From IMG/VR virus record IMGVR_UViG_3300030060_003581, positions 1 through 59,746 of that record: a stretch of DNA of 59,746 nt; one strand, 5' to 3'. The notes beneath the pieces were generated by a model, which saw only the letters and a program-made list of their open reading frames with translations, had not been told where the DNA came from and searched no databases. This document shows positions 36,572-46,530 of the stretch, piece by piece. Source of the DNA: a virus. Lineage: Duplodnaviria; Caudoviricetes. Each line of letters opens with the position of its first letter. Within the stretch, counting starts at the first letter, position 1. The translations under genes were made by a program, and so were the position numbers.

Positions 36572-36914
36572 AATGAAAAGACGAAAAAAAGCGTGGCGTA
36601 ACGCCGCATACGAATACATCAAGAAGAATGGCGCATCAACTTCTGAGAGGTTGATTTCGGATATGAAAACCAAAAGAGGTAAATTATGGTCTGAAAGTAA
36701 CAAGGGGGCAGCACACGCTAATGGTGCATCTCAGTTATTGAAATCAGACCCACGATTTACATGCACTTGGGTTAAAAGAACAGTTTGCACAGGTGTGGTC
36801 GGTGCCAATATGGGCGGTCGTGGGAGTCGAAGCAGACAATATTCTAATTACAAGGTAAGGGAATGGAGGATTATTGATGAAGAGTCGCAGGCAGATTCAG
36901 AACAGATTGAATGA
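36572..36914 (+). CDS. Basic wHTH-like protein
   Basis: Likely start MKRRKK after GGAGG; YIKKNGASTSERLI...LLKSDPRF pattern. Confidence 0.55.
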
Positions 36915-37521
36915 TGAAGCCGATAACACGGACTTCTTAGCCGCCCTTGAGTGGGTGCTTGAGCCTATCGGTTGCCCTATGTGTAATGTAGGAAACCGCA
37001 GGGACTTAGAAGTAAAGGTTCACAGGGGAGAAGTTACTCCTACATTCCTTGAAACTAAGAACCAATGGCCGGTAGGAACGGTAATGTCTCACATGGATGA
37101 ACACCTTGAGTATGACCCTGCTGAAGCGGCGCACATGGAAAAAATGCGTGGCGAATCTATATCCACGCTCAATGTAGCCGAGGACTTAGCACAAAGGCTT
37201 GTGTCTTGGGTAGGAGAACTAGAGGCTCGCAAGATAGAAGAAGGACTTACTTCTGAGTGGATTGGTGACGCAACTAAACTGCTGAATCAAGGTCAAGGTT
37301 TCCTAAAACTAATAGGTCAACTCAAGAAGGAGATTGGTGTTGATTCCCAATTGTTACTTGCTGACCGCAAGGTTGAGAACATGATGGGGATACTTGTTGA
37401 TGTTCTGAAAAACGAACCAATTTATTTAGACCAAATACAGTTACGCTTGGCTACACTAACTGCGCCAACAAACCACATACAGGAGGCTGACTTCGAGGTG
37501 GTGGAGGATGGCGAAAGTTAG
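36874..37521 (+). CDS. Zn-finger/HTH plus coiled-coil protein (possible terminase small subunit)
   Basis: CPMC...SHMDEH followed by long helices. Confidence 0.45.
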   Translation: MMKSRRQIQNRLNDEADNTDFLAALEWVLEPIGCPMCNVGNRRDLEVKVHRGEVTPTFLETKNQWPVGTVMSHMDEHLEYDPAEAAHMEKMRGESISTLNVAEDLAQRLVSWVGELEARKIEEGLTSEWIGDATKLLNQGQGFLKLIGQLKKEIGVDSQLLLADRKVENMMGILVDVLKNEPIYLDQIQLRLATLTAPTNHIQEADFEVVEDGES

Positions 37522-37699
37522 ATGCAAGATGGCGGGTTGTAAATCAGAATTAACTGACCCAACCAAGGGCTATTGTAGCCGACACATTTATCATGTGGAG
37601 AGGTTAAAGGACACTGTGGAATGGTTAACATGGAGGTATGAAATTGAAAAGTTGGAGAACCAAATCGAGGAATATGTTGAACACTCGACCGATATATGA
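37508..37699 (+). CDS. Small CCCH-type Zn-finger protein
   Basis: C.MAGC...GYCSRH. Confidence 0.5.
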   Translation: MAKVRCKMAGCKSELTDPTKGYCSRHIYHVERLKDTVEWLTWRYEIEKLENQIEEYVEHSTDI

Positions 37700-37913
37700 G
37701 GCCGAGTTTCCGGCGTTAGCAAAGGCTATGGTCGAAGACGGACTAACCTTTAGAATTGTTTCTAAAGGTAATGGTTATCAGTGGCTTGTTGCTGATTATG
37801 AAATCCCGGCAAAGAGTGTTCGTCAAGTTTGGGGCTTAACGGCTCATCAAATGAGAAGACTCATTGATTGGCTGCTCGCTGGGAGTTACACGGAGTTGAT
37901 AGAATGGGAGTAA
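37674..37913 (+). CDS. Hypothetical protein
   Basis: Start MLNTRP after GAGG. Confidence 0.5.
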   Translation: MLNTRPIYEAEFPALAKAMVEDGLTFRIVSKGNGYQWLVADYEIPAKSVRQVWGLTAHQMRRLIDWLLAGSYTELIEWE

Positions 37914-38572
37914 TTATATTCACTAATGATGACAAGAATTATAGAAAGGGTAATTTCATTACTATGTATGGTGACATAACAGTGTCGCCGTCAGCACCCG
38001 ACACTACATTTATCTTACACAACATGAAGTTTAGTGAGGCAGATGTTTTGTATTGGTCTCCAATAGTAGCATACCGCATGGTAGTAGTTGTTGATAAGCC
38101 ACCTAAACTGAGCAGTAAGGTTGATGACTGTGTAATCATAGACCAAAACCTAAAGGTCGCTGACACTGATTATTCTAGGGCTATTCGTGCTGCTCTATGC
38201 TGGGCTGACAGGGATAGGGCATACAATGTCCTAAAACCCATACCGCTACCGCTAATGAATGCGTTTGTTAAAGTCAATGTGGACTCTATGAGGATAGGTA
38301 AGTTGCTGGCACAGTGCCGATACACTCTCCACGATGACTACACAAGGGCGGTTTTAGCCTACGGTATTAATCCTGTTTCTAATTTTAAGTGGCCTAAGAA
38401 GTCAAATAAAAACGACTATATACTGCCGAGCAACATGAGGAAATCAGACAAGCACCTAGAGGTGATACTCAGCAACGATACTATTGTATCTAACGCTATC
38501 CGCAGGGATAACCCCGAGTCATTACCGAAGGGCTTGCCTAAACGAAAACAAGAGGCGATAGAATGGCTATGA
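37868..38572 (+). CDS. Hypothetical protein, possibly a degenerate RFC large-subunit-like protein
   Basis: IIFTND and DRDRAY..L segments loosely resemble RFC-L; no Walker A. Confidence 0.35.
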   Translation: MAARWELHGVDRMGVIIFTNDDKNYRKGNFITMYGDITVSPSAPDTTFILHNMKFSEADVLYWSPIVAYRMVVVVDKPPKLSSKVDDCVIIDQNLKVADTDYSRAIRAALCWADRDRAYNVLKPIPLPLMNAFVKVNVDSMRIGKLLAQCRYTLHDDYTRAVLAYGINPVSNFKWPKKSNKNDYILPSNMRKSDKHLEVILSNDTIVSNAIRRDNPESLPKGLPKRKQEAIEWL

Positions 38573-38925
38573 ATGAATTATTTGTGTATGGAACACTAAA
38601 GCGAGGCTACCACAATAACGACCTGTTGGGGGATTCCCAACTACTAGGAGACTACGAAACACTACCCCGTTGGGGTTTGGTTTCATTAGGTTCCTTTCCC
38701 GGCATGGTTGCTGGGAATAAAGCAGTAAAGGGTGAAGTGTATTTGGTGGATGATGAAACACTAGCAGCAGTTGATTTACTAGAGGGCGTTGCTCATGGTT
38801 TATATCAGCGTAGGAAAATATGGATTAAAAGTCCTGTTACCTTAGTTAAGCGTGAAGTATATGCTTACATTTACAATGACATTGTGTTTAACTCGGCAGC
38901 AAGTATGATGGATTCGTGGGACTAA
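38563..38925 (+). CDS. Gamma-glutamylcyclotransferase (AIG2/YtfP-like)
   Basis: LFVYGTLKRG, VKGEVY, VDLLEG, YQRR motifs. Confidence 0.9.
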   Translation: MAMNELFVYGTLKRGYHNNDLLGDSQLLGDYETLPRWGLVSLGSFPGMVAGNKAVKGEVYLVDDETLAAVDLLEGVAHGLYQRRKIWIKSPVTLVKREVYAYIYNDIVFNSAASMMDSWD

Positions 38926-39110
38926 TGAGTTTTGCAGTATTTGGACTGTGGTTTATACTAATTTACTACACAGTCTTTTTATTCTTTGACCCCGAGTATA
39001 ACCAACCGGTTGACATGGGAACTTTGAAGTCTGAGGCATATGCTTTTGATGATGACTCGGATAATTTAGATATGGCACAAGCGGCCTTATTTATGAGCGT
39101 CAACGAATGA
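38916..39110 (+). CDS. Small TM protein
   Basis: N-terminal hydrophobic helix. Confidence 0.5.
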   Translation: MGLMSFAVFGLWFILIYYTVFLFFDPEYNQPVDMGTLKSEAYAFDDDSDNLDMAQAALFMSVNE

Positions 39111-39547
39111 GGGTAATATACCAAACACTCATAAGTCACTTCATGTCGGCCAACAATAACAACAAGCGTGTCCGACGGGCGATAGTCGAAATACTATTCA
39201 ATCACGGGGCATGCACAAGAGAACAGGTAGCAGAGCATCTGCAAACTTACAAAGGTGTTAAGAATGTTCCTTCCGGTAATTCTATATCGGCTCTTATGTC
39301 GAAAAATCCGCAGTGCGTTATTGTCGGTCGTCAAAAGGTTGAGATGACTAATGGTATTAATACTCATCATATGATGTTTGATGTTGACCGTAAAGTAATC
39401 AAGACCAAGGATGATTTAATTTTCACAAGACCAATATCGGTTATGACTCCTAGCGAAAAGCAAAAGGCAGTGCAGTGCAAGTGTTGTGGTAGGACTAGAA
39501 TAATGCCTACTGATGAGGCCAAGTGTTTGTCTTGTATTCGTAAGTAA
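39107..39547 (+). CDS. wHTH plus C-terminal Zn-ribbon protein
   Basis: GACTREQVAEHL...PSGNSISALMS; CKCC...CLSC. Confidence 0.6.
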   Translation: MRVIYQTLISHFMSANNNNKRVRRAIVEILFNHGACTREQVAEHLQTYKGVKNVPSGNSISALMSKNPQCVIVGRQKVEMTNGINTHHMMFDVDRKVIKTKDDLIFTRPISVMTPSEKQKAVQCKCCGRTRIMPTDEAKCLSCIRK

Positions 39548-39561
39548 TATATACTGACGAG
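39548..39561 (+). promoter_or_regulatory. Middle promoter TATATACTGACGAG
   Basis: 14 nt before the RFC ATG (leaderless spacing). Confidence 0.75.
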
Positions 39562-39575
39562 TCCAAGTATAAACC

Positions 39576-40475
39576 ATGAACCAAATATGGGCAACGAAGC
39601 ACAGGCCAATACACCTTGATGATTTCAAGGGACAGGAACACATTGTAAAGGAAATGAAATACATATTGTATGGCACTGCTAAAATGCAGCACTACATTTT
39701 CTTTTCCCCCGAACCGGGGACAGGTAAGACTACAATGGCTCATATTCTAGCAAAGCAGTTGGGATATGAAATACATCAATACAATGCTTCATCTAAGCGT
39801 CAGCGTGGCATAGAGTTTATCGAGGAGGAGTTAGCACCTATGACTCGGCTCGGTCAGTATGAAACAATTTATTTCTTGGACGAAGCAGACCAACTAACGC
39901 CTGCCGCACAGTCGGCACTCAAGGGTGTGATTGAGGATGCACAGGGCTTTTTTATTCTTACTTGTAATGACCTAAGCAAAGTCAGCCCTTGGCTTCAATC
40001 CCGTTGTCAAGTGCGAACCTTTGTTCCTATACTAGATAGTGATATGCGAAAGCGCCTATCTAGTATTGATGGGACAGAAGGTTTCCAAACTCCTATTGAG
40101 GATATTAATGCGATAGCAAAGGCTAACAAGGGTGACTTGCGTAACGCAATAAATACACTACAAGCCTACCATTCTATCCCCGAAGCAGACAGGCAATCAT
40201 TTTTATCAAGGATAGGTGAGCCTCCTGTTGATGCACAGAAGATACTTACGCTTTGTATGAAGGAGCAGAATGTTGAAGATGCCGTCAAGTTGATGGGTTC
40301 TTCTAACCTTAGAAAGACAATAGACGCCGTGTTTAGATACGGTATTGATTCTCCCGCTAAGCCAACCAGCAAACTAAAGTTGGTTGAGGCAGCCACCCAA
40401 GCGCACCGTGATTTACTCATGGGCGTTGAGTCCCACTATGTAGTGTGGGATTTTTGTAGGAGGCTAGCGTCATAA
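39576..40475 (+). CDS. rfcS: Replication factor C small subunit (clamp loader)
   Basis: WATKHRP, PGTGKTT, NAS, LDEADQLT..AQSAL, SRC and GDLRNAIN motifs. Confidence 0.92.
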   Translation: MNQIWATKHRPIHLDDFKGQEHIVKEMKYILYGTAKMQHYIFFSPEPGTGKTTMAHILAKQLGYEIHQYNASSKRQRGIEFIEEELAPMTRLGQYETIYFLDEADQLTPAAQSALKGVIEDAQGFFILTCNDLSKVSPWLQSRCQVRTFVPILDSDMRKRLSSIDGTEGFQTPIEDINAIAKANKGDLRNAINTLQAYHSIPEADRQSFLSRIGEPPVDAQKILTLCMKEQNVEDAVKLMGSSNLRKTIDAVFRYGIDSPAKPTSKLKLVEAATQAHRDLLMGVESHYVVWDFCRRLAS

Positions 40476-40510
40476 AGCATATATAGTGGCGAGGATAAAG
40501 GATAAGATAG

Positions 40511-41725
40511 GTGAGAAAAATGGATTTAGACCAAATGATAACCCGTATAAGCAAGAATGTAGGAACGACAGAAGAAGCACTACGCTCTCGTATGGAGACT
40601 GTGTTAGCGGAGAACCGCAACACATGGCTAGATGCTGGTAAAAGTGAGGATGATTGTAACTTAAATGCACTCAGAATCTCCGGCAGACAGATTAAGAGCG
40701 AAGGCGAAAGACTAAAGCGAAGTGGCGCTACACTGTATGAAGGAATGTTCGTAAGTGTCCCGAGATACAAAGATTGGGCAGACCTAGCATACAAAAAAGC
40801 CGCTGGCACTATTAGTCAAGGTAACGAAACTGTTATCGAAACACTGATTGAAGAAGGTAATGTAATTCTTTATGAGGATAATAACGATGGCACTTTTACC
40901 AAGAAGTATAATCCTTCATTGGCACAGAAGGCTGATTTCCAAAGTGGAATGGCCGAGACTGAAATCAGTGAACTACCAAAGCACACATATGATGCTGGCA
41001 ACGGCATTCACTTCCACTTGGTATGGGATAAGAACAACCCTAAGTTCCCGTCGGGGGATGACAATTGGAAATATGGTAAGCCACGACCACTGAGCGAAAA
41101 GGACAGGACTTGTATGTTCTTAGGCAGAACACAGGGCAGCAAAGATGACATGAGAGTTATTTCTATGAGGTTCAATGGTGCGCTAGCGGAGACACAATTC
41201 CCTGCTTTCGTAGCCGGAACTATACCTATGAGACCAGCAAGGAACGCTGACTTAGCATATGGTAAGGCTGGCGTGTCTGTGTTCAACCGTGACGATACTG
41301 TTCAAAGTTCTTTCAGTAGTGCGCCCGATGCACTAATCGCTGGACTAGACCAAATCAAGACTCTTGAGAATGGATTACAAGACATTGAAGCGTATGTAGG
41401 CTCACTGTCTGACAAGGAACGCTGGGATGCTTTGGCTGCTGCAATAGTCGAGGTAATTCACATAGACCCTAGAGACAATGGTGGTTATATCATTACCACA
41501 GGCGACCTAGATATTATGTCAACTGCTGGCACTGTTGACATTTATGTTCCGGCTCAACAAGAATCACTTGTTGACTTCTCAGTTGGTAGCACACTAATGC
41601 TAGTAGGCTCTCCATACATGAGTCGTGACGGTGAGGCAAAACTAGCAGTAACAGGCTGGTGGTGCGCTGAATCTTTAGTTGCATCAGCACCGGAGACTTC
41701 TAACGACGACGGAGGGTGGGACTGA
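40511..41725 (+). CDS. RPA-like single-stranded DNA-binding protein (OB folds)
   Basis: N-terminal helical domain as in archaeal RPA, C-terminal OB-like strands, acidic tail; replication context. Confidence 0.5.
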   Translation: MRKMDLDQMITRISKNVGTTEEALRSRMETVLAENRNTWLDAGKSEDDCNLNALRISGRQIKSEGERLKRSGATLYEGMFVSVPRYKDWADLAYKKAAGTISQGNETVIETLIEEGNVILYEDNNDGTFTKKYNPSLAQKADFQSGMAETEISELPKHTYDAGNGIHFHLVWDKNNPKFPSGDDNWKYGKPRPLSEKDRTCMFLGRTQGSKDDMRVISMRFNGALAETQFPAFVAGTIPMRPARNADLAYGKAGVSVFNRDDTVQSSFSSAPDALIAGLDQIKTLENGLQDIEAYVGSLSDKERWDALAAAIVEVIHIDPRDNGGYIITTGDLDIMSTAGTVDIYVPAQQESLVDFSVGSTLMLVGSPYMSRDGEAKLAVTGWWCAESLVASAPETSNDDGGWD

Positions 41726-42651
41726 TGAGTTGGGCTACTACTTCCGCTAAAACCGAGGCTGCACCTAGAAAGACATTCGGTGTCGAGCATTACCGTAACC
41801 TATACGCTCAAAAGCGTGAGGCTCTTGCGCCTATTAGAATGGCGCTTGTTGGTAAGGAAAACACTGCGAAAACAGGTTTGGCTACTGAACTAGCCCTTGC
41901 TCATACTGACAAGGATATAGTTATCATTGACTGTGATAACTCAGCACAGAACACTGTTGATTACCTAGTCTCAGAAGGCAAGGTCGAAGCAGGTCGCATT
42001 AGAATTATCCCAATTATTGATGAGTTGGATGATGCTATGTGGAATGAAGACAACACTACAAATTGGATGGCAGTAGTTGACAAGATTGAGTGGTTCGCAT
42101 CCTTCTTGGGTGAAGATAAAGATGTGGGCGCAGTTATCTTTGATGGCGGCTCAACATTCCTCAAGTGGTGTGAGTTTGTAATGACAGACAGACTACTAAG
42201 GCGTGGTGTTATCAATGACAGTGGTGACGGATTCAATCAGAAGGAATGGCGTGAGCGTAACAGTGTATTCAAGGGTGTCCTTGACAGACTTACTGCGCTA
42301 CCAATCCCATACATCTTCTATACTTTCCACTTGAAAGACCAAAAGCAATACATGGATATTGGCGACGGAACTAAGGCGCTAATGAAAGTGGGCGAAAAGG
42401 TTGATTGGGTTGACGGCACACAACGCTTCGTGTCCCAACAGGTATGGCTAAAGCGATACACAAAAAAGGGTGACAAGGCGGCTGGTGTTGAGGCAGACAA
42501 GACACTAGGAGTTAATGAGTTTGCTATTCGTGCCAAGATTGAAGAAATGAAAGGCCGTAACATGGAACACTTGGGTAAGACCTATGAAGTTCTAAATGTT
42601 AAAGATAGCAAAGTCACTTGGAATGGACTACCTTTGGAGTGGAAAACATGA
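41716..42651 (+). CDS. P-loop ATPase (RecA/Sak4-like recombinase)
   Basis: GKENTAKT Walker A, IIDCD, VIFDGGS Walker B, YTFH. Confidence 0.7.
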   Translation: MGLMSWATTSAKTEAAPRKTFGVEHYRNLYAQKREALAPIRMALVGKENTAKTGLATELALAHTDKDIVIIDCDNSAQNTVDYLVSEGKVEAGRIRIIPIIDELDDAMWNEDNTTNWMAVVDKIEWFASFLGEDKDVGAVIFDGGSTFLKWCEFVMTDRLLRRGVINDSGDGFNQKEWRERNSVFKGVLDRLTALPIPYIFYTFHLKDQKQYMDIGDGTKALMKVGEKVDWVDGTQRFVSQQVWLKRYTKKGDKAAGVEADKTLGVNEFAIRAKIEEMKGRNMEHLGKTYEVLNVKDSKVTWNGLPLEWKT

Positions 42652-42836
42652 GTAAAGATGACGAAATCAAGGCTCTCAAGCAAAAGATTTCTCGCTTAGA
42701 GCGTGATATTGACGACATGATGGGTAGGTTCTCTATGGTCGGTAAAGTTTGGGAGGCCGTCAAAGAGTTACAAGACCACGCCAATAGAAAGGGCGACTTC
42801 TTGGCACACACCCTGTTATACAGGGAGGTTAGATAG
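42648..42836 (+). CDS. Small coiled-coil protein
   Basis: MSKDDEIKALKQKISRLE. Confidence 0.55.
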   Translation: MSKDDEIKALKQKISRLERDIDDMMGRFSMVGKVWEAVKELQDHANRKGDFLAHTLLYREVR

Positions 42837-43649
42837 ATGAAAGCGCCTCGGGATTTGCTATTACAGTTGCTAAGTGTCACTAAGCGTGAGCAGGCCATCA
42901 ACGGCAAGACTCAACCGCAAGTGACAGGTTGTGTGTTGGTTTTGGCTGACAACAGGGTTTCGACTACTAGCATTGTAAAGGATGGGAAAACAAGTCTCTC
43001 GAGGTTCTCTTTTGTTCGGGAACAAGACGGTGAAGAATTAATTCCTGTGCCGGATATTGACAGACTACTTGGTGTGTTAAAATACCATGCTGATGTGGTA
43101 ACTCTAACTCACAGTAAAGAGTCGGGTAAGGTTCTTATAAAATCTAAAAACAAGCAGACTACTTTGGTGGGTGGGCTTGACTCTAAGGCTTTCCCCAACA
43201 GTCAGCAGACGCTACTCGAATGGCATAAGACTTCTGTTGAAAGAGCAAAGCAGATAGATGCTGCAAAAAGGTCTTACAAGTTACAGACGGGCGCTATCCG
43301 CAAACCATTTTATTCAATAACAATGCCAGCAACAGAAGTGTATGATGCTCTTAGATGTGACGGCATAAACGGACAGAAACTAAACCGATACACATTTACT
43401 GTTAAGAATGAGTTACTGTCGGTATCTGTGGGCGACCACTTCAAAGGACTTACTGAGAGTGAGTTAGGCAAATGTCCCGGTGTTAAGGACTTTACTGCTA
43501 CTTTTGAGGGTGGTCTTGAGAATATACTCAAACACTATACCGGCGACATGATGCTATCCTTCATAGACTTTAGAGAAGAAGGGCAGGGAATTAGGCTTAT
43601 GCTTTCATTTGCTAATGGGGATTGGGTTTTCCAAGCGGGTGTATTGTAA
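42837..43649 (+). CDS. Sliding clamp (PCNA/gp45-like)
   Basis: 270 aa with an alternating alpha/beta two-domain pattern, between RFC and PolB. Confidence 0.5.
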   Translation: MKAPRDLLLQLLSVTKREQAINGKTQPQVTGCVLVLADNRVSTTSIVKDGKTSLSRFSFVREQDGEELIPVPDIDRLLGVLKYHADVVTLTHSKESGKVLIKSKNKQTTLVGGLDSKAFPNSQQTLLEWHKTSVERAKQIDAAKRSYKLQTGAIRKPFYSITMPATEVYDALRCDGINGQKLNRYTFTVKNELLSVSVGDHFKGLTESELGKCPGVKDFTATFEGGLENILKHYTGDMMLSFIDFREEGQGIRLMLSFANGDWVFQAGVL

Positions 43650-43984
43650 TGGCTAGATACACCACTCCTAAAGGGATTACATTCAAGCAATTCGAGGAAG
43701 TCTTGTCCGTTCCAATACTAAAGGAATATATGTATTCGAGAAAGCGCAAAAGAAGGGTTAGGTATCTGTATGCTTGTTTAGTTTATTTTGATATGAAACA
43801 CGGTGAGTATTACACTAGCCAAAACATATCTGAAATGGGTTTGAAATACAATCCTTTAGGGGCAAGTGCGCTATCATTATCCACACAAAGCATAGGTCAG
43901 CATATGGCAACTATGTGTAGGTTGGGGATAGTTAATTTTATTACAATAAAGAGTAAAAGACATTATTATAAGGTGATAGAATGA
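43649..43984 (+). CDS. wHTH protein
   Basis: YTSQNISE...STQSIGQHMATMCRLGIV...YYK. Confidence 0.55.
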   Translation: MARYTTPKGITFKQFEEVLSVPILKEYMYSRKRKRRVRYLYACLVYFDMKHGEYYTSQNISEMGLKYNPLGASALSLSTQSIGQHMATMCRLGIVNFITIKSKRHYYKVIE

Positions 43985-44202
43985 GAAAATGCAGTAAATG
44001 TGGACATATAGAAACTAGCGAAAGAACTACCCAATACCAAAACAAAGATTGGCTATACGAGCAGTATGTTACTAAGCGTAGGTCTATGAAAGACATAGCA
44101 GACCAATGTGGAGTATCCTCTATGGCTATCAATAATTGGCTAAAGCGGTTTGATATAAAAACTAGAGGTCGTGGTGTCCGTTCCGGCTTGTTTGATATAT
44201 GA
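43981..44202 (+). CDS. Zn-finger plus HTH protein
   Basis: CSKC and DWLYEQY..KRRSMKDIADQCGVS..AINNWLKRFDI. Confidence 0.7.
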   Translation: MRKCSKCGHIETSERTTQYQNKDWLYEQYVTKRRSMKDIADQCGVSSMAINNWLKRFDIKTRGRGVRSGLFDI

Positions 44203-44219
44203 AACATTGTAAGAACTAC

Positions 44220-44233
44220 TATATACTGACGAG
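44220..44233 (+). promoter_or_regulatory. Middle promoter TATATACTGACGAG
   Basis: 14 nt before the PolB ATG. Confidence 0.75.
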
Positions 44234-44247
44234 ACCTATTTAACGGT

Positions 44248-46494
44248 ATGCAAGTAACACATACAAGCGGAAGAAAAGTAACTATCAGAAGGCGTGACCC
44301 CGACACTCTTGAGCGCATTCAAGAAGTGATAGAGGCTTACCCCTACTGCTTTGTTCCTACTGAAAAGTTAACTGATACTTACGGTTTGGTAAGGGTCGAA
44401 GAAGGATTTGAAGGAGTATATGGCACTAAGTTATCTAAGGTGTATTTTAGAAACGAATACGACCGTAGGGATTGGGCTAGGGCTAACCACACTTGGGAAG
44501 GCAGTATGCCTTTTACTAACCAAGTTCTTATTGACAGGTTGAAGGACAATGAACCATACCCTAATTACGAACACAGGATATGGTATATTGACGGTGAGTG
44601 GAAAAAAGAGTCTGAGGAAATAACTATCCTCAGTGCTTACGATTCCTACACCGGTAAAATGTTCACATGGGTTCAGCACCCCGATATTGAGCCGGGATAC
44701 CATAGTAGTTTGCCCTGTAAGAATCACCCCGATGGTTTGAAAGAAATCCATTTCGATACAAAACTGAAAGCGTTTGCTAATGAGCGTCAACTGCTGGCTG
44801 ACTTTGCAGCACATATGGCTAAACATGACCCCGATGTGTTGACCGGTTGGTATTTTGTTGACGCTGATGTATCAACAATCAGCACTCGTATGCGTAGGCT
44901 TGGGCTTGACCCACGCAGATTATCGCCGCACAATCAGCATAACTACAAATACAGTGCTACTGAAAAGCGTTGGACTCAGCCCATTCCCGGTCGCATGTGT
45001 ATTGACTTGATGATTGCATTCAAGAAGTTATGGACTATCAAAAACGGTCAATTAGCAGGGCAAAAGTTAGATGATGTTGCGGAGTTTGTATTAGGTGAGC
45101 GCAAGGTCGAGTTAGAAGATGGGCATGATACCTATTATACCGACATAGGCACATACATTGACTACAATAGACAAGATGTGCGTCTTTTACCTAGACTAGA
45201 TGAGGAAATAAATGCTATCAATTACTACACTTCACTGCAACACTTAGTTCAGTGCGACATAGAGACTACTCCTTTGACCACGCTGCCCTCGTCATGCCTA
45301 TTCTTACAGGATGAACAGTTCGATGGTCGCATTCCCGATAACCCAAGGTTCAACAAGATTGACTACGAGGGCGCTGACATACAAGAGCCTGTTCCGGGTC
45401 GTTATGAGAACATGGCAATCATGGACATTAAGGCCATGTATCACTCTAATGTAAAGTTGCATAACATATGCTGGACTACTCTTAGTGACGACGGAAAAGA
45501 CTGTGGTAATGGCAGTAAGTTCTCACAGGAAAAGTCGGGATTGTTAGGTAGGACTATGGATAAATTGACAGTCAAGCGTAATGAATACAAGGCTTTGATG
45601 AAACAGGCCACCACTGCTGCTGAGAAGCGCAAGTGGGATGCTATGCAGTTTGCTACCAAATCAATGGTTGCGTCCCTATATGGTGTATCCGGTGACTCAA
45701 AATACGGCATGTATCACCCCGATATAGCGTCTGCTATTACATACACAAGCAGGCAGACTTTATTCCGCTTGCGTGATGAGTGTAATGAGCGTGGTTATCC
45801 TGTTAGATACGGACATACCGACTCTATCTTTTGCGAAGTTCCTAGTCCCGAAGAAGGCATGGGACTTGTTGCTAAAATTAACAAGGCTATGCACCCAATA
45901 GAAACTGAGTTCGAGAAGTGGTGTGCTACTATGATACTAAAACGCAAGAATCGTTACGCTGGTAAGGTCACATGGACTGATGGACAGTATCACGACCCGC
46001 AGTATTATTACAAAGGTCTTGAGTTAAAACAAGCCCGTATGCCGAAGGCTATGAAACAGGCTATGGATAAGACCTTGCGTGGTATTCTTGATGGGGCAGA
46101 CCGTCAGCAGGTTGACTCCGAACTTATTTCCCTTATAATGAAAGGAAATGAAGGTCAACTCGGTGAGGACTTGTTGCAGATTGGCAAACTCAAGATGCCT
46201 CTATCCCGTTACAAAAGTATCAGTGGCGCAGCCGCAGGTGCGCTTTGGGCTAAACAATACTTAGATAAGCGATACGAACCGGGCGAGACCTTTTTGACAG
46301 CGATTGGGGCTGGTGGGCAATACTATGCGTTTGACAAACTAAAGGACTTAGAGGGCGTCGCTAAGATTGATTGGTCGGAGATGACTGAGCGATTCATTGT
46401 CAACAAGGCTTGTGACATTTATGACTTGGTTGAATGGGACACTCAGCCGCTATGGAACGCTCATAGAGGCATTGGTAATGTCGAATGGTTATAA
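44248..46494 (+). CDS. polB: Family B DNA polymerase
   Basis: ExoI IDGE, ExoIII YNRQD, motif A DIKAMYHS, motif B KSMVASLYG, motif C YGHTDS, KNRYAG, KGLE. Confidence 0.95.
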   Translation: MQVTHTSGRKVTIRRRDPDTLERIQEVIEAYPYCFVPTEKLTDTYGLVRVEEGFEGVYGTKLSKVYFRNEYDRRDWARANHTWEGSMPFTNQVLIDRLKDNEPYPNYEHRIWYIDGEWKKESEEITILSAYDSYTGKMFTWVQHPDIEPGYHSSLPCKNHPDGLKEIHFDTKLKAFANERQLLADFAAHMAKHDPDVLTGWYFVDADVSTISTRMRRLGLDPRRLSPHNQHNYKYSATEKRWTQPIPGRMCIDLMIAFKKLWTIKNGQLAGQKLDDVAEFVLGERKVELEDGHDTYYTDIGTYIDYNRQDVRLLPRLDEEINAINYYTSLQHLVQCDIETTPLTTLPSSCLFLQDEQFDGRIPDNPRFNKIDYEGADIQEPVPGRYENMAIMDIKAMYHSNVKLHNICWTTLSDDGKDCGNGSKFSQEKSGLLGRTMDKLTVKRNEYKALMKQATTAAEKRKWDAMQFATKSMVASLYGVSGDSKYGMYHPDIASAITYTSRQTLFRLRDECNERGYPVRYGHTDSIFCEVPSPEEGMGLVAKINKAMHPIETEFEKWCATMILKRKNRYAGKVTWTDGQYHDPQYYYKGLELKQARMPKAMKQAMDKTLRGILDGADRQQVDSELISLIMKGNEGQLGEDLLQIGKLKMPLSRYKSISGAAAGALWAKQYLDKRYEPGETFLTAIGAGGQYYAFDKLKDLEGVAKIDWSEMTERFIVNKACDIYDLVEWDTQPLWNAHRGIGNVEWL

Positions 46495-46501
46495 TAACAC
46501 A

Positions 46502-46515
46502 TATATACTGACGAG
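46502..46515 (+). promoter_or_regulatory. Middle promoter TATATACTGACGAG
   Basis: 15 nt before the ATG at 46531. Confidence 0.75.
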
Positions 46516-46530
46516 ACCAAAGGTGATAGT

